Shown piece after piece: positions 1 through 13,900 of a stretch of DNA of 64,000 nt. A program made the position numbers and the translations under genes. The stretch is from positions 387,624,001 through 387,688,000 of the forward strand of contig OZ024741.1 in the NCBI GenBank assembly GCA_964016885.1, in the 5' to 3' direction. The stretch comes from Eledone cirrhosa. Taxonomy: Eukaryota. The stretch's first letter is position 1. Each line of letters begins with the position of its first letter. The notes below the pieces were generated by a model that was not told the DNA's origin, did not search any database, and saw only the letters and a program-made list of their open reading frames with translations.

Positions 1-996
1 TCAATTATATTACTAAATCCATTGGAATGCTTGATTATTTTCAAAATGATTTCAAAATCCTAGAGGTTGTCTTTCATTAGAAATATGGTAATAAAGGGGT
101 TAATCAGGAATGACAGTAAAAGATTAATTAATTGATGGAAATCTTCTATGATTATCTTGGTTCATGAGCAATAACTGTTTGAAGAATGCCTAACATCACC
201 ATATATATATATGTGTATATGTGTCTATATATATATATACATGTAAATAAATATGTATGTATGTATCTATCTATCTACACACATTAGTTAATTCATTAGT
301 AAATCTCATGGTATGCGTTACTTGCAGCTAAAATCCTAGCAGACTATTATTTCTTCAATGCCAGTCAATTTGAATTTTACCAAATTTCCTTCCTTCTCTC
401 TTTTTGTTGTCTTGTCTTATATATCTTTTCTCCACTTTCTATTTTCCTCTCCTTTTGTTCTTCTCTCTCTCTCTATTATATTTTATTTCATTATAATCAT
501 CTATATATGTGTGTGTGTTTCTCTCTCTGCCCTGTGTTGTTGCTATTGATAAAGGCCACCATACCTGTGCGTTGGAAGGTTAGGTTTTTGCACGTAGTTT
601 AACCAGTTGCCAGATCTAACTCTTCCAGCTCATAGTTGTGGGACAGAGCATCAGCAGCAGCACCCTCCAAGAAGACTCTCCAGTAATGTTTTCATATCTC
701 ATTCAATATATAACACACCTCTAACCCTATAGACACACACACAAGGACAGGCAGATAAACATAAACACATAGCAATAAACTGCTAAATTATTGGTAAGAT
801 TATTATGCTCTGTTAGAAGAAATTTCCATGGTGTGTGTGTTTTTCTGTGTTTGTTGAGCTTCCATCATAGTCATTTTATTGTTAAGTTATTTTCCTCTGT
901 TAAAATATTTTCTGTGACTTCTTCAGTTTCAATTAATGGGTATTGGATGAAAAAAAAAGAATGTATTTCAGTTTGAATTATACTTAACAGAAATAC

Positions 997-999
<3 letters not shown>

Positions 1000-1052
<53 letters not shown>
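1000..1052. repeat. (TA)n microsatellite (others at 4626, 55214, 55543-55612, 56330, 60943; (CA)n at 10782-10831)
   Basis: Direct reading. Confidence 0.95.
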
Positions 1053-1054
<2 letters not shown>

Positions 1055-1711
1055 GTGTGTGTGTGATCATTTTATGTCTATTTTCCATGCTGGCATGGGT
1101 TAGACATGTTGTCATGACATCTTGCTCATATATTCCATTTTGGCATGGCTTCTATAGCTGGATGCTTTTCCTAATGCCAGCCACTTTGCAGTATGTTCTG
1201 AATACATTTTATTGTGGCACCAGCATTACCACTTTACAGGGTTCGTTGGGTGTTGTTTTTTGTGGCACCAGCATATATACTGCTTTCCAGGTGGTTTGTG
1301 TCAAAAGTCACAACAAATCCTTTGCACTCGGTAGAATGTATGACCATATGTAAGCAAGATGCAAACCCCTCAGCCTGTCCGGGAAGTCAGTAGCTTCACT
1401 TCTACTGTATTGGTCTATATAGACCTGTCCAACTCATGCTAACAGGGAAAACGGACATTAAACAATGATGATGATATATATATATTATTAGTGATGGGGT
1501 AGTGAGTTGCTTATAAAAGTGAACTTGCACTGATACAATTTGAATTATTGTTTGGATCTAATAACAACTTGTTCTAGTTGACATAGCAGCAGCAGTGGAT
1601 AGACACACAGACAGATAGTGTTATATATATATATTACACCCCTACACACACATATATATAATTTATATCTGTATAAAAACAGTGTCTGTAGCTGATACTG
1701 CACCAACATGT

Positions 1712-4563
1712 ATCATCATCATCATCATCACCGTTTTACGTCCGTTCTTCCACGCTAGCATGAGTTAGACGGGTTGTCCTGTTGTGGGCAGTGTCTGGTC
1801 GGCTGACCATGCCTTGCCATTACAGGAACTGCTTTGGCTTGATTTCTACAGCTGGATGCCCTTCCTAACACCAACCTCATTTACAGGGGTGCTTTTTCGT
1901 GGCGCCTACACCTCCACTTTACAGTGTGGGCTGGGTGCTTTTTTGCAGTGGGGGGTGTGGGGGCATATTGTCTATATGCTTCAGCTTGTACCCATGGGAG
2001 GTCGGGTACTCTGTATTACTGCGTGACGCCAGAGATCACGGTCGTGTGTCATCACCTTTGAGAGGTGTAATTGGGTAAGGTCGGCTTTTATCACCTCATC
2101 TCAGGTCATCTTGGGTCTCCCCACTCCGCGGTTTCCATCGACTTCTAGTGCTCTGCACCTTTTTATGCAGCTGTCATCCTTCATACGCATCACATGTCCA
2201 TACCAACGCAACCGCCTCTCCTGCACACAGCATTTGATTCCTCTTATGCTCAGTCTCTCTCTCAATTCATTTATGCTTTGTCGTTCGCGTATGTTACTAT
2301 TACACATCCATCGGAGCATGCAGGCTTCGTTTCGCTCTAATCTACGTAAGTCTTCCACCTTCAGCGCCCAGGTCTCTCTACCATTCAACATCGCTGCTCG
2401 GATACATGCATCATACAGTCTGCCTTTCATTTTGAGGAAGAAGCCTTTTGCAGCTAGCAGTGGTAGTAGTTCCCTAAACTTCTTCCATCCCGTTCTTACC
2501 CTAGTTATTGTACTTTCTGAACACCCACCTCCGCTGCTAATTCGGTCACCTAGGTAGCAGAAGCTGTCTACTGTTTCTACAGAGCCCTCCCAGAGATTGG
2601 TGGTACTTGTTTCCTGTGGCTGTTTGCTGCTTGCTGTCTCAGCACAGCTGCTGCATGTGAAGCCTACATTCTTAATTAAGCTTCCTGAGATCCCGCTACA
2701 TGTGTACCCATTGTTTGCATTTGGGGCAGAGAATGGAGTTCCTACATACTGAGCAAGGCCATTTCCCTGAGGGGATCTGGGTTCTGTTTTCTCGTCTACT
2801 TACAAGGACCTTAGTCTTTGTCATGTTGACTTTGAGACCTTTTCTTTCTAGTCCCTGCTTCCAAGTTTGGAATTTCTTCTCTAGTTCTACCATAGATTCA
2901 GCTATAAGTGCGAGGTCATCAGCATACAGGAGTTCCCATGGGCATCCGGTCTTAAACTCCTCCGTTATTGCCTGCAGGACTATGATGAACAGGAGGGGGC
3001 TAAGAACAGAGCCCTGGTGGACCCCAACCTGTACGCTAAATTCCTCGCTATACTCATTGCTAATCCTAACTTTGCTGACTGCTCCCCTATACATGGCTTG
3101 TACTGCTTTCACAAGCCATTCATCCACTCCTAGTTTTCTAAGAGCCCACCAGATTACAGCACATGAAACTCTGTCAAAGGCTTTCTCAAGATCGACAAAT
3201 GCCAGGTAGAGTGGCTTACTTTTAGCTAGGTACTTTTCCTGTAACTGCCTGACAAGGAAGAGGGCATCAGTGGTGCCTCTTCCTGGTACAAACCCAAATT
3301 GCATCTCGTCTAGTTTCACCCGGTCCCTAATCAACTGTGCTATAACTCTTTCTGTTACTTTCATGATCTGGTCCATCAGCTTTATACCTCTATAGTTTCC
3401 TCTATCTAGTGCATCACCTTTACCTTTGTAGCAGTTGACAATGATGCTACTGCACCAATCTTTTGGTATGACACCTTCTAGTATTACCTGGTTAACAATA
3501 CGTGTGGTTATAGTGTGACCTACAGACCCAGATGCCTTCAGCATCTCGGCAGCTATACCCGATGGACCGGTTGCCTTCCCCATCTTCATATCTTTGATTG
3601 CTTTACTTACTACGCTGCTGCTGACTTGTACTGCTGGCCCCTCTATAGGGTCTACTTGGGGTAGGGTCTCTTCTTCCCATGCATTCTCCTCATTTAGTAA
3701 TCTATCATAATGACTCTTCCATGCATCTTTCTTCTCAGCGCTTGTGAGGGCAAGCTCACCTTTATCATTCCGGATACACTTCTCTCCAATGACATCACAA
3801 TTCTCTCTGACACACTGCCTCGCAATCTTGAACACCTCCTGTTTCTGGTCCTCACGTTGCAAAACATGCTTGAATTTTTTATCCTCTGCTTCCCTCCTAG
3901 TTAAGTATACTTGTCGTCTAGCTTCCCTCTTGGTCTCTATGTAATGTACCCTGCTCCCCCCGTTCTTCCATTCTTTCCATGCGTGTCTCTTGGCCTTAAC
4001 TGCCTCATCTACCTTATTGTTCCACCACCAAGTCACTCTCCTCCTGCTTGTGGTCTTACTCCAGCCACAGACCTCATCCGTCGCCTCTAGTAAGTTATTT
4101 TTTAGGAACTCCCAGTTCTCTTCTACATTGAATGTCTTTATTTGTTCTTCTTTACTGTCGTAGGCGTTGAGTAAAATATCTTTAAATCTGTTACTGGTTG
4201 AGGGGTCTTTCAGCTTCCAGATCTTTCTTCTCCAGGTTGGCCTCTGTTTCCAGGTTCGTCTAGTTCTGACTGTGAGGTCGCTGACAACTAAGCTATGTTG
4301 GGATGTACATTCCTCACTAGGGAAGGCTTTTGTGTTTACGACCGTCCATCTGTCACGTCCTCTGATGAGGATAAAATCTATCTGACTAGAATGTTCCCCT
4401 GATCTATCGGTGATCGGATGGTTGTCGGGTTTTTTGAAGTTTGTGTTACATGTCATTGGCGTCACAGAATTCTAGAAGTCTGAATCCTTTCCTCATTTCT
4501 TGTGCCAACCCCATGGCGTCCATGGACTCTATTGAAGCCGTCGCAGTGTTTACCTACGTGTCC
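1712..4563 (-). mobile_element. RTE-clade LINE, 5'-truncated within the endonuclease, frameshifted (family 1)
   Basis: ORF 2696-4465 has the APE C-terminus (QIDFIL, SQHSLV) and RT motifs (QFGF, AFVDLEKAFDRV, HQGSVLSPLLF, LYADDL), then a Cys motif. ORF 2101-2430 has the RTE C-terminus (RLRWYGHVMR). 3'UTR ends in a (GAT)n tail at 1712-1730. Frameshifts near 2700 and 4480. Confidence 0.95.
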
Positions 4564-5664
4564 GTATGTATAAATATATACACATATCTTATATGTAAGC
4601 ATGGAGAAGTGCACTAACAGCCGAATATATATATATATATATATATATACAGAGAGAGAGAGAGAGAGGGGGGGAGGGCGATATTATACTTAGATTTCTT
4701 TCTTGTTCAACCCATTAAGTTCTTTTTATATATATTTTTCACATCTACACTAAATTTCAAATGGTTTGATCTTATGAAATTTGGTAGATGGAAACTGCAG
4801 GAGCTCATCATATCCTTTGTTTACATCTGTGTCTATGTTTTATGGCTTGTAACTTAGTAGTTTGACAATTAGATATTGATGAAATAAGTACAAAGATTGA
4901 TGAAAAATAAATACTGAGGTCGATATGATGAAATGAATTAAATCCCCTAAATATATCTAGTAGAGCAACTATGTTGTTATTTAGAAGCTAGTAACGGAGA
5001 AAGCAAAACTCAGAGCCTGTCTAGGTAGTTAGATACATAACAATGTGGCAATTGTTTATCACATTGGTTTGCTTCATTCAACAGCTTCATTAATTCAATG
5101 GTCTTCTGTCCTACTTCTTTATACTTCCATTTACCTTTCTCTAGCTATTTGCTATCACTCAACCCTTTTTGATAACGAAATGGCATACCAGTCACTAAAG
5201 AAAATTAGAGTTAATTTTTTAAAAAATGTTATTTTTAATTTGTTGTCACCTGACACATGTATTCCTATATTAGCATAGGTGTAAACTATATTTTTTTTCT
5301 TTACTTCTGAAGATTTAGGACATTTATATACCGTCTGGCTGCCTTTTTTTTTAAATTTCTAATCACTTGAAAGCAACAACAGTAGTAGTAGCAGCAGTTG
5401 TAGTAGTAGTAGTGAGAGCCTCTGAGAGGAATTATATCAGATGGTACAAAGTTTCTTTCTTGTGTTTTCCTACCACCTTTCTGTAAATGCAAGTCTTCAA
5501 TATATGCAAATATTTTCTTTGATCTCAAGAACACCTTCCCCACCCACCCCAGGTTACCACCACCACCACCACCACTACCATCAACATTACATGATTATTG
5601 GGGGGGTACAATAGCTGTCTTTGAAATCATATTTTCTACAGTTTCTAGTTCATCATCATTATTC

Positions 5665-5845
5665 AATTGGCAATATCAGAAGAGGGTTGGACGCCATGCT
5701 TTCCAGCATAGTTACGTCCCTTTACGGTCTGAGTTCAAATCCCGCCGAAGTTAAATTTGCCTTTCATCCTTAGGAGTCGATAAAATAAAGTACCAGTAAT
5801 GCATTGGGATAATTGCTGGCCTTGTACCAAAAGTAGAAATGATTA
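5665..5845 (+). mobile_element. tRNA-derived SINE S1
   Basis: A box ttggcaatatcag, B box gagttcaaatcc, core gcctttcatcc...gtcgataaaataaagtaccag. Confidence 0.88.
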
Positions 5846-6129
5846 TTCAATGTTTTTCCATGTTTGTATAGGTTGGATGAGTCCCCTCTAGTACAGCTTT
5901 CCTCCACCTATTCTCTCGTCACCTCTTCTGTGTCGTTCAGTGTTCTGAGGTTAACTCTCACCACTTCTATTCTGGTTTTCCTTTTCTGCAATCCACCTTC
6001 CATGTGGATATCCTGGCACTGTTTGCCTACTGTGTATTGTAATCCACATCATGTGTCCATACATGTGTCGAACTACAAATATCAACATAGATTTGCTCAA
6101 TCAGGAGGAGCTTGGGGATAAACACATGC

Positions 6130-6500
6130 CACTATGGCTGTATAGTTAAAGAATTTGCTTCACAACCATGTGGTTTTGGGTCCAGCCCCACTACAGTGCA
6201 CCTTGGATGTATCATCATCATCATACATCCATTGTTCTACACTTGCATGGACTAGACGGGTCCTTCTCAGTACATCATCTCTCCACTTTTCGCGGTCCTT
6301 TGTTACATCTGTGAGCTTTAGTTATCTGAGATCTGCTCTCACCACTTCCAGCCAAGTCTTCCTTAGTCTTCCTCTACTGCGGCTTCCTTCCATTGGGATG
6401 ACTTCTTCACCTAGCAATCATCTATAGCCTCAGATTAACCAATGCTTTGCAAGTGAAATTTGATAGACAGAAACTGCAGAAGCCTGTCATATACATGTGT
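6130..6500 (+). mobile_element. tRNA-derived SINE family S2, interrupted by an antisense RTE-tail insert (6208-6400)
   Basis: tggctgtatagttaaag...gggtccagccc head; resumes ctatagcctc...gaaactgcagaagcc; homologous to 60170-60325. Confidence 0.75.
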
Positions 6501-6589
6501 GTGTATTTGTGTTTGTGCCTTTGCCTATGTCCTGTAACTTAGCAGTTTGACAAGAAGAAATTGATTAAGTAAGTATTAGACATGGAATA

Positions 6590-7430
6590 ATTATAAGGAT
6601 CCCCAAGCAAGACCAGCCGAGCTCATGGCTGTTATCCAACCATCTTGCTCGGGATCTACCTTTGGAGTTCCTGTAAAATCTGTCGAGCGATTCTTTCTTG
6701 AGACATTCTAACCACATGCCCATAGTATTTGAGTTATGATTTCTCAATTCGGAGAAGTAGTGCCTCTACTAGAAGTGACTCTCTGATCTCCTAGCTATGC
6801 ACTCTATCGAGTAACGTAACTCCAAAGCCCCTTCAGAGAAGCCCCATTTCAGCCACTTGTATTCGTGATCGTATTCCTTCAGTCATTACCCAAGATTCAT
6901 GACCATAGGTAAGGATTGAAATGAATACCAAATTGAAAATACCGAGTTTGGCTTTTACACCTACCTCCCTTCTTCTGATTACTGAATACTGAAGCTGGCA
7001 CATTGCTGCACCAGCTCCTGCAATTCTTGCACTTAATTCAGCTGCCTGCCTTCCATCACTCTTGAACACAGCCTCTCAAACTTCTCCACCTGCTTCAGTG
7101 GAGCTCCATTCACATGTAGGGTGCACTGCACTAGCTTCCTTGGGAGGACGAGTATCACAGCTTTCACAGTACTGATTTTCATTCCAGCCATGGAAAAAAA
7201 CCTATCGAGTGCAAGTCAGAGATCACCTTCTGTTGACTTAAGTAACACCATGTTGTTTGCAAATTCTAGCCAGCTGATTCCACACCTGCCAGTCATGATA
7301 CCACTTCCAGCCCAGCTGCTGCACATGTCAATCCTGTTCATGAAAATAATGAACTGGAGAGATGACAGTACGCACCCTTGGGGGAGTCTGATTTTCACAT
7401 AGAATGGTTTTGATAACGTGATTATTCTCA
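6590..7430 (-). mobile_element. Degenerate RTE LINE fragment (family 2)
   Basis: Minus frames: LPQGCVLSSLQFIIFM, LEFANNMVL (FADD remnant), ILTYGHESWVMTEGIRSRIQVAEMG. Confidence 0.85.
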
Positions 7431-8084
7431 AAATTATTTGAAGGTCATAGTCAGTGTCTTTCTTTAGAAATATGGTGATAAGTTGAATAATAAAATAGTG
7501 CTATCTAAAGGAGAAAGAATACTATCAAATTTCTTCTGGGTAGAAATAAAGAAAATATGTAAGACTGTCTGTCGTAGTTGATTGAGGCTGAAACTTGAGA
7601 TACAATCTACATGAGCAGTATAATTTCTTTTTCCCCAATTAGTTTTAATATCAGGCACTTATATACTGTATACCCTCCAAACACTGGTACTAGGAGATTT
7701 TCTTGATATGGGCATTTTTTTATCATATCGGAATCTCTCCCCTTCTCCCTCCTCTCTCTCTGTTTATATATATACATGTTTACCATCATCATTTAACATA
7801 ATGTATGTGTAAACACACATACACATGATTTTTATCATCATCATCTATGTGTAAGATTTATGTATACACACACACACACACATATATTTATATATATACA
7901 TATATATACCGATATACACACGTGTGATATTTAAACATCTTTTTTTAGCATTTTATTTATATATAGTTTCTCATTTTTTAATAAACATTTACTTTCTTAT
8001 TAAGATAAAACATGGTTTTTTTTTTACAATGACCGTGTAGTCGCCCTTGACTGAGTAATCTTATGATTAAAAAATTGGACGTCG

Positions 8085-8428
8085 GTCAGTTCTGATAATG
8101 AATATTCCAGTTTGAACAACAGAACAGCTTTAATGCAAGTAGCTGAGCATTCCACAGACACATGTTCCTCTAACATCATAGTACTCAGGGAGATTCAGCA
8201 TGATGCAGTATTGGACCTCTGTTGGTTCTATTAATGAATGTTCCAGTTTGAACAGCAGAACAGCCTGCATGTAAGTAGCTGAGCATTCCATAGACACATG
8301 TTCCTCTAACATAGTACTCAGGGAGATTCAGCATGATGCAGTGTTGGACCTCTGTCAGTTCTATTAATGAATGTTCCAGTTTGAACAGCAGAACAGCCTG
8401 CATGTAAGTAGCTGAGCATTCCAAACAC
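8085..8428. repeat. About 2.5 tandem copies of a 133-136-bp unit
   Basis: gaat(a/g)ttccagtttgaac at 8100, 8236 and 8369. Confidence 0.9.
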
Positions 8429-8478
8429 ACTTAGCTACATCTTGCAGCATGCTATTTGGAAGCCAGTGAACTACCATC

Positions 8479-8707
8479 TTAACCCGTTAGCATTTAAACC
8501 GGCTGTATTGGGCCAGAATTCTATCACCTCTTTCTGTTCAAACTGGCCATAACTAGCCTCCCATACTTATGTTAAGGTATTTTTCTCAAAATTAATAATA
8601 TCAAAATCTCATAGATTTGATATTATGTGAGATAATTATGTGAGGTAAAGCCTTTACCACAAAAATACAATAGTAAATATAGAGTAATGTAAATGCTAAA
8701 GGGTTAA
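8479..8707. mobile_element. TTAA-flanked MITE (piggyBac-type ends)
   Basis: ttaa-cccgttagcatt...aatgctaaaggg-ttaa. Confidence 0.8.
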
Positions 8708-10783
8708 AAAGAAATGAAGCTACATACTTGATAATGCAGTCTAAGAAACAATATGTCTGCAATGTCTTTGATCCTAGTGTAGAGGTGTGGCTTAGTGCTC
8801 TTTCTGCTAGGAGTTGCAACTGGTAGATAATATCAATAATGGAAACATTGCTTCCTTGATTTGATGAGGTCCACCCCACTCAGTGGGTGAATGAGGTCTG
8901 GGATCTTGTTGTTCAACTTCTAGAACTAGATAGAAACAATAGATAGATGTGGATTATGATGTAGAGGTATACTCTTGACAAATTAGTTTGATATGGTTTT
9001 GATTTTAATTTGTGATATTATATCTCATCTTCGTTTGCATTGTTTATGCCTTGGAGGGGGGGGGTGTAATGCTGTCTCAATTCACCCTTTTCCCCTAGAA
9101 ATCAAAGTCTTTGTTTATCTCAGAAATCAATATATTTCTCAGATAAAAATAAAATGATAATTACTTTATATGAGAACATGTTTCATTATCTTGTTTTTAG
9201 TTGTATATAAGCAAGGCGATATAAATTTATAGCCATTTTAATTTAAATATTCTGTCTTTGGACTTTATTTTTAACATCTTGATGATTAATGCTGTGGAAT
9301 TTGGAACAGGAGAATGAGTATATGAAAAACATTCTTGTTCTCATGTGAAAAATCTTGCAGTTGTTATGAAATTACTTTAGTTTGTTTTCAGTTTGTTGAG
9401 AAATAATAAAATAATGATTTTTTATTAAAAAAATTAACAAGGTCATATGGAATATATGACATTCATAATTTTTCAAAGGGCATTAGCCTCTTGATTCAAA
9501 GAAATAATACTAGTGGTTTATTGCTGTGTCAGATATAGTTATTTCTAATTTTAAATACAGTTTATAGTTAGACATAATGAACTGAATTTGTGTTGCAAAA
9601 TAGGGGGGAAAAAATAAAAAAAAATAACCGAAAGAGATCCCTGGAGCATGTTGTAGTGTTCAATAGATAACATTAGTAGATTGACTACTAGTCATAAATA
9701 ACATTCTCAGAGAGACCTGGAGCATATTTTCAAGCTAGATAATCTAAGACTAGTAGATTTGTTTTGCTCAAAGGACACAACAGGTCAGTTGTAGTGAGTT
9801 GTACACTCTTAATCTTGGCTGGTTGACTTTATCTGAGGTCTCCAAAATGCTCATGGGCATTGCAACTTCCTCCTGATTAAGCCATTAAAAAAGACCCTTG
9901 AATCAATAGTGTGATACTTTATCCCCACATATTTTGGCTAATGTGTTATGGTGTAAATCCCAAGGACTTTAACAGCTAAGTGTAAACATTATTTTGTCCT
10001 TCAACCATACACCTTATTCTCCCAAAATGACAGTCTTATTTTATGGTATTCTGAAGGTCATTAAACCACAGAAAAAAATAGAAAAAATGCCTATGTTAAA
10101 TTTAATCCTCTTACTGATAAATACTAGAATAGAAATACATTATGGAAAATTGAATTGTGAAGATACCTACATCCACCATCCTAAGTATTTGGAGACTAGG
10201 ATGATGATGATGTGCTAATTAAACTTAATAGGTCTTTTAATAGGATATTATCCATGTGAGTAATTTTAACTTGTCTCTTGATATAATGTTGCTTTGAAAT
10301 TAGTTCTGATTAGTTCTCTTAGCTTATCTATACATGTTTTTTGTTGTTTTTGCATCTAATTGACTTACTTATTCTTTATTTTTCATTCTACACCAACTGA
10401 TTTCACCTAATTACTCTCTTCTCAAGTTGTCAGCATATCACATCATCTTTTAATAAGACTAGATTAGATTAGACTTTTCTTATTAAATCTTTTTATAGTT
10501 GTACCCCTTTATTGTTGTCACTATCATCATTATCACATCTCCTTTTTTATGCCAGCATGGGTTGGATGAGACATTCTGAAGCAGTATTTTATGGCAAGCT
10601 GGATGCCCTTTCTAAAGTCAACTTTAGTTTTTTTGTTTTTTTTTTCTTAAGTAAGGTACTTTATTCCACTGGTTTTAATAGTAAGCTGAGAGAGTTACTG
10701 TTTATGTGGCACAAAGATTTCATCAACTACTCAAGCAGTGTCAATGTGAAAAACTCACACAGACACACACACATGCTCATGCA

Positions 10784-10838
<55 letters not shown>

Positions 10839-10839
10839 T

Positions 10840-10972
10840 TACAGGCTTCTGCACAGTTTCCACCAACAAAATTCACTCAAAAGGCATTGGTTGACTTAAG
10901 AATACAGTAGAAAACACTTGCCCAAGGTGTCATGCAATGAAACCACTTGCTTGCAAAGTAAACTTCTTAACA
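10840..10972 (-). mobile_element. SINE S2 copy with (CA)n tail on + strand
   Basis: Reverse complement of the S2 body (ggcttctgcacagtttcc...cttgcccaaggtg). Confidence 0.7.
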
Positions 10973-10986
10973 TGTAATATTTTTTA

Positions 10987-13900
10987 TTATTTGTGAGTAT
11001 TGGTAGTGTTATTGACAGTATTGGTAGCGTTATTTGTGAGTATTGGTAGTGTTATTTGTGAGTATTGGTAGTGTTATTTGTGAGTATTGGTAGTGTTATT
11101 TGTGAGTATTGGTAGTGTTATTTGTGAGTATTGGTAGTGTTATTTGTGAGTATTGGTAGTGTTATTTGTGAGTATTGGTAGTGTTATTTGTGAGTATTGG
11201 TAGTGTTATTTGTGAGTATTGGTAGTGTTATTTGTGAGTATTGGTAGAGTGTTATTTGTGAGTATTGGTAGTGTTATTTGTGAGTATTGGTAGTGTTATT
11301 TGTGAGTATTGGTAGTGTTATTTGTGAGTATTGGTAGTGTTATTTGTGAGTATTGGTAGTGTTATTTGTGAGTATTGGTAGAGTGTTATTTGTGAGTATT
11401 GGTAGTGTTATTTGTGAGTATTGGTAGTGTTATTTGTGAGTATTGGTAATGTTATTTGTGAGTATTGGTAGCGTTATTTGTGAGTATTGGTAGTGTTATT
11501 TGTGAGTATTGGTAGTGTTATTTGTGAGTATTGGTAGTGTTATTTGTGAGTATTGGTAGTGTTATTTGTGAGTATTGGTAGTGTTATTTGTGAGTATTGG
11601 TAGTGTTATTTGTGAGTATTGGTAATGTTATTTGTGAGTATTGGTAGCGTTATTTGTGAGTATTGGTAGAGTGTTATTTGTGAGTATTGGTAGAGTGTTA
11701 TTTGTGAGTATTGGTAGTGTTATTTGTGAGTATTGGTAGTGTTATTTGTGAGTATTGGTAGTGTTATTTGTGAGTATTGGTAGTGTTATTTGTGAGTATT
11801 GGTAGTGTTATTTGTGAGTATTGGTAGTGTTATTTGTGAGTATTGGTAGTGTTATTTGTGAGTATTGGTAGTGTTATTTGTGAGTATTGGTAGTGTTATT
11901 TGTGAGTATTGGTAGTGTGTTATTTGTGAGTATTGGTAGTGTTATTTGTGAGTATTGGTAGTGTTATTTGTGAGTATTGGTAGTGTTATTTGTGAGTATT
12001 GGTAGTGTTATTTGTGAGTATTGGTAGTGTTATTTGTGAGTATTGGTAGACTGTTATTTGTGAGTATTGGTAGAGCGTTATTTGTGAGTATTGGTAGAGC
12101 GTTATTTGTGAGTATTGGTAGTGTTATTTGTGAGTATTGGTAGTGCTATTTGTGAGTATTGGTAGAGCGTTATTTGTGAGTATTGGTAGAGCGTTATTTG
12201 TGAGTATTGGTAGAGCGTTATTTGTGAGTATTGGTAGTGCTATTTGTGAGTATTGGTAAAGTGTTGTTTGTGAGTATTGGTAGTGTTACTTGTGACTATT
12301 GGTAGAGCGTTATTTGTGAGTATTGGTAGAGCGTTAGTTGTGAGTATTGGTAGAGCGTTAGTTGTGAGTATTGGTAGAGCGTTATTTGTGAGTATTGGTA
12401 GAGCGTTATTTGTGAGTATTGGTAGTGTTACTTGTGACTATTGGTAGAGTGTTATTTGTGAGTATTGGTAGAGCGTTATTTGTGAGTATTGGTAGAGCGT
12501 TATTTGTGAGTATTGGTAGAGCGTTATTTGTGAGTATTGGTAGTGTTATTTGTGAGTATTGGTAGAGCGTTACTTGTGACTCTTGGTAGAGCGTTATTTG
12601 TGAGTATTGGTAGAGCGTTATTTGTGAGTATTGGTAGTGTTATTTGTGAGTATTGGTAGAGCGTTATTTGTGAGTATTGGTAGAGCGTTATTTGTGAGTA
12701 TTGGTAGTGCTATTTGTGAGTATTGGTAAAGTGTTATTTGTGAGTATTGGTAGTGTTATTTGTGAGTATTGGTAGAGCGTTATTTGTGAGTACTGGTAGA
12801 GCGTTATTTGTGAGTATTGGTAGAGCGTTATTTGTGAGTATTGGTAGAGCGCTATTTGTGAGTATTGGTAGTGCTATTTGTGAGTATTGGTAGAGTGTTA
12901 TTTGTGAGTATTGGTAGTGTTATTTGTGAGTATTGGTAGTGTTATTTGTGAGTATTGGTAGTGTTATTTGTGAGTATTGGTAGTGTTATTTGTGAGTATT
13001 GGTAGTGTTATTTGTGAGTATTGGTAGCGTTATTTGTGAGTATTGGTAGTGCTATTTGTGAGTATTGGTAGTGCTATTTGTGAGTATTGGTAGAGTGTTA
13101 TTTGTGAGTATTGGTAGTGTTATTTGTGAGTATTGGTAGTGTTATTTGTGAGTATTGGTAGTGTTATTTGTGAGTATTGGTAGTGTTATTTGTGAGTATT
13201 GGTAGTGCTATTTGTGAGTATTGGTAGAGTGCTATTTGTGAGTATTGGTAGAGCGTTATTTGTGAGTATTGGTAGAGCGTTATTTGTGAGTATTGGTAGA
13301 GCGTTATTTGTGAGTATTGGTAGTGTTATTTGTGAGTATTGGTAGTGTTATTTGTGAGTATTGGTAGTGTTATTTGTGAGTATTGGTAGTGTTATTTGTG
13401 AGTATTGGTAGTGTTATTTGTGAGTATTGGTAGTGTTATTTGTGAGTATTGGTAGTGTTATTTGTGAGTATTGGTAGCGTTATTTGTGAGTATTGGTAGT
13501 GCTATTTGTGAGTATTGGTAGAGCGTTATTTGTGAGTATTGGTAGAGCGTTATTTGTGAGTATTGGTAGAGCGTTATTTGTGAGTATTGGTAGAGCGCTA
13601 TTTGTGAGTATTGGTAGAGCGCTATTTGTGAGTATTGGTAGAGCGCTATTTGTGAGTATTGGTAGTGCTATTTGTGAGTATTGGTAGAGTGTTATTTGTG
13701 AGTATTGGTAGTGTTATTTGTGAGTATTGGTAGTGTTATTTGTGAGTATTGGTAGTGTTATTTGTGAGTATTGGTAGTGTTACTTGTGAGTATTGGTAGA
13801 GCGTTATTTGTGACTATTGGTAGTGTTATTTGTGAGTATTGGTAGTGTTATTTGTGAGTATTGGTAGTGTTATTTGTGAGTATTGGTAGTGTTATTTGTG

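Noticed and set aside
2111-4385. Plus-strand ORFs over the LINE (2111-2557, 2700-3209 etc.)
   Set aside because: Antisense shadows of the RT ORF.
2696-4465. Active retrotransposon or domesticated RT gene
   Set aside because: 5'-truncated, with frameshifts and a deletion in the Cys motif.
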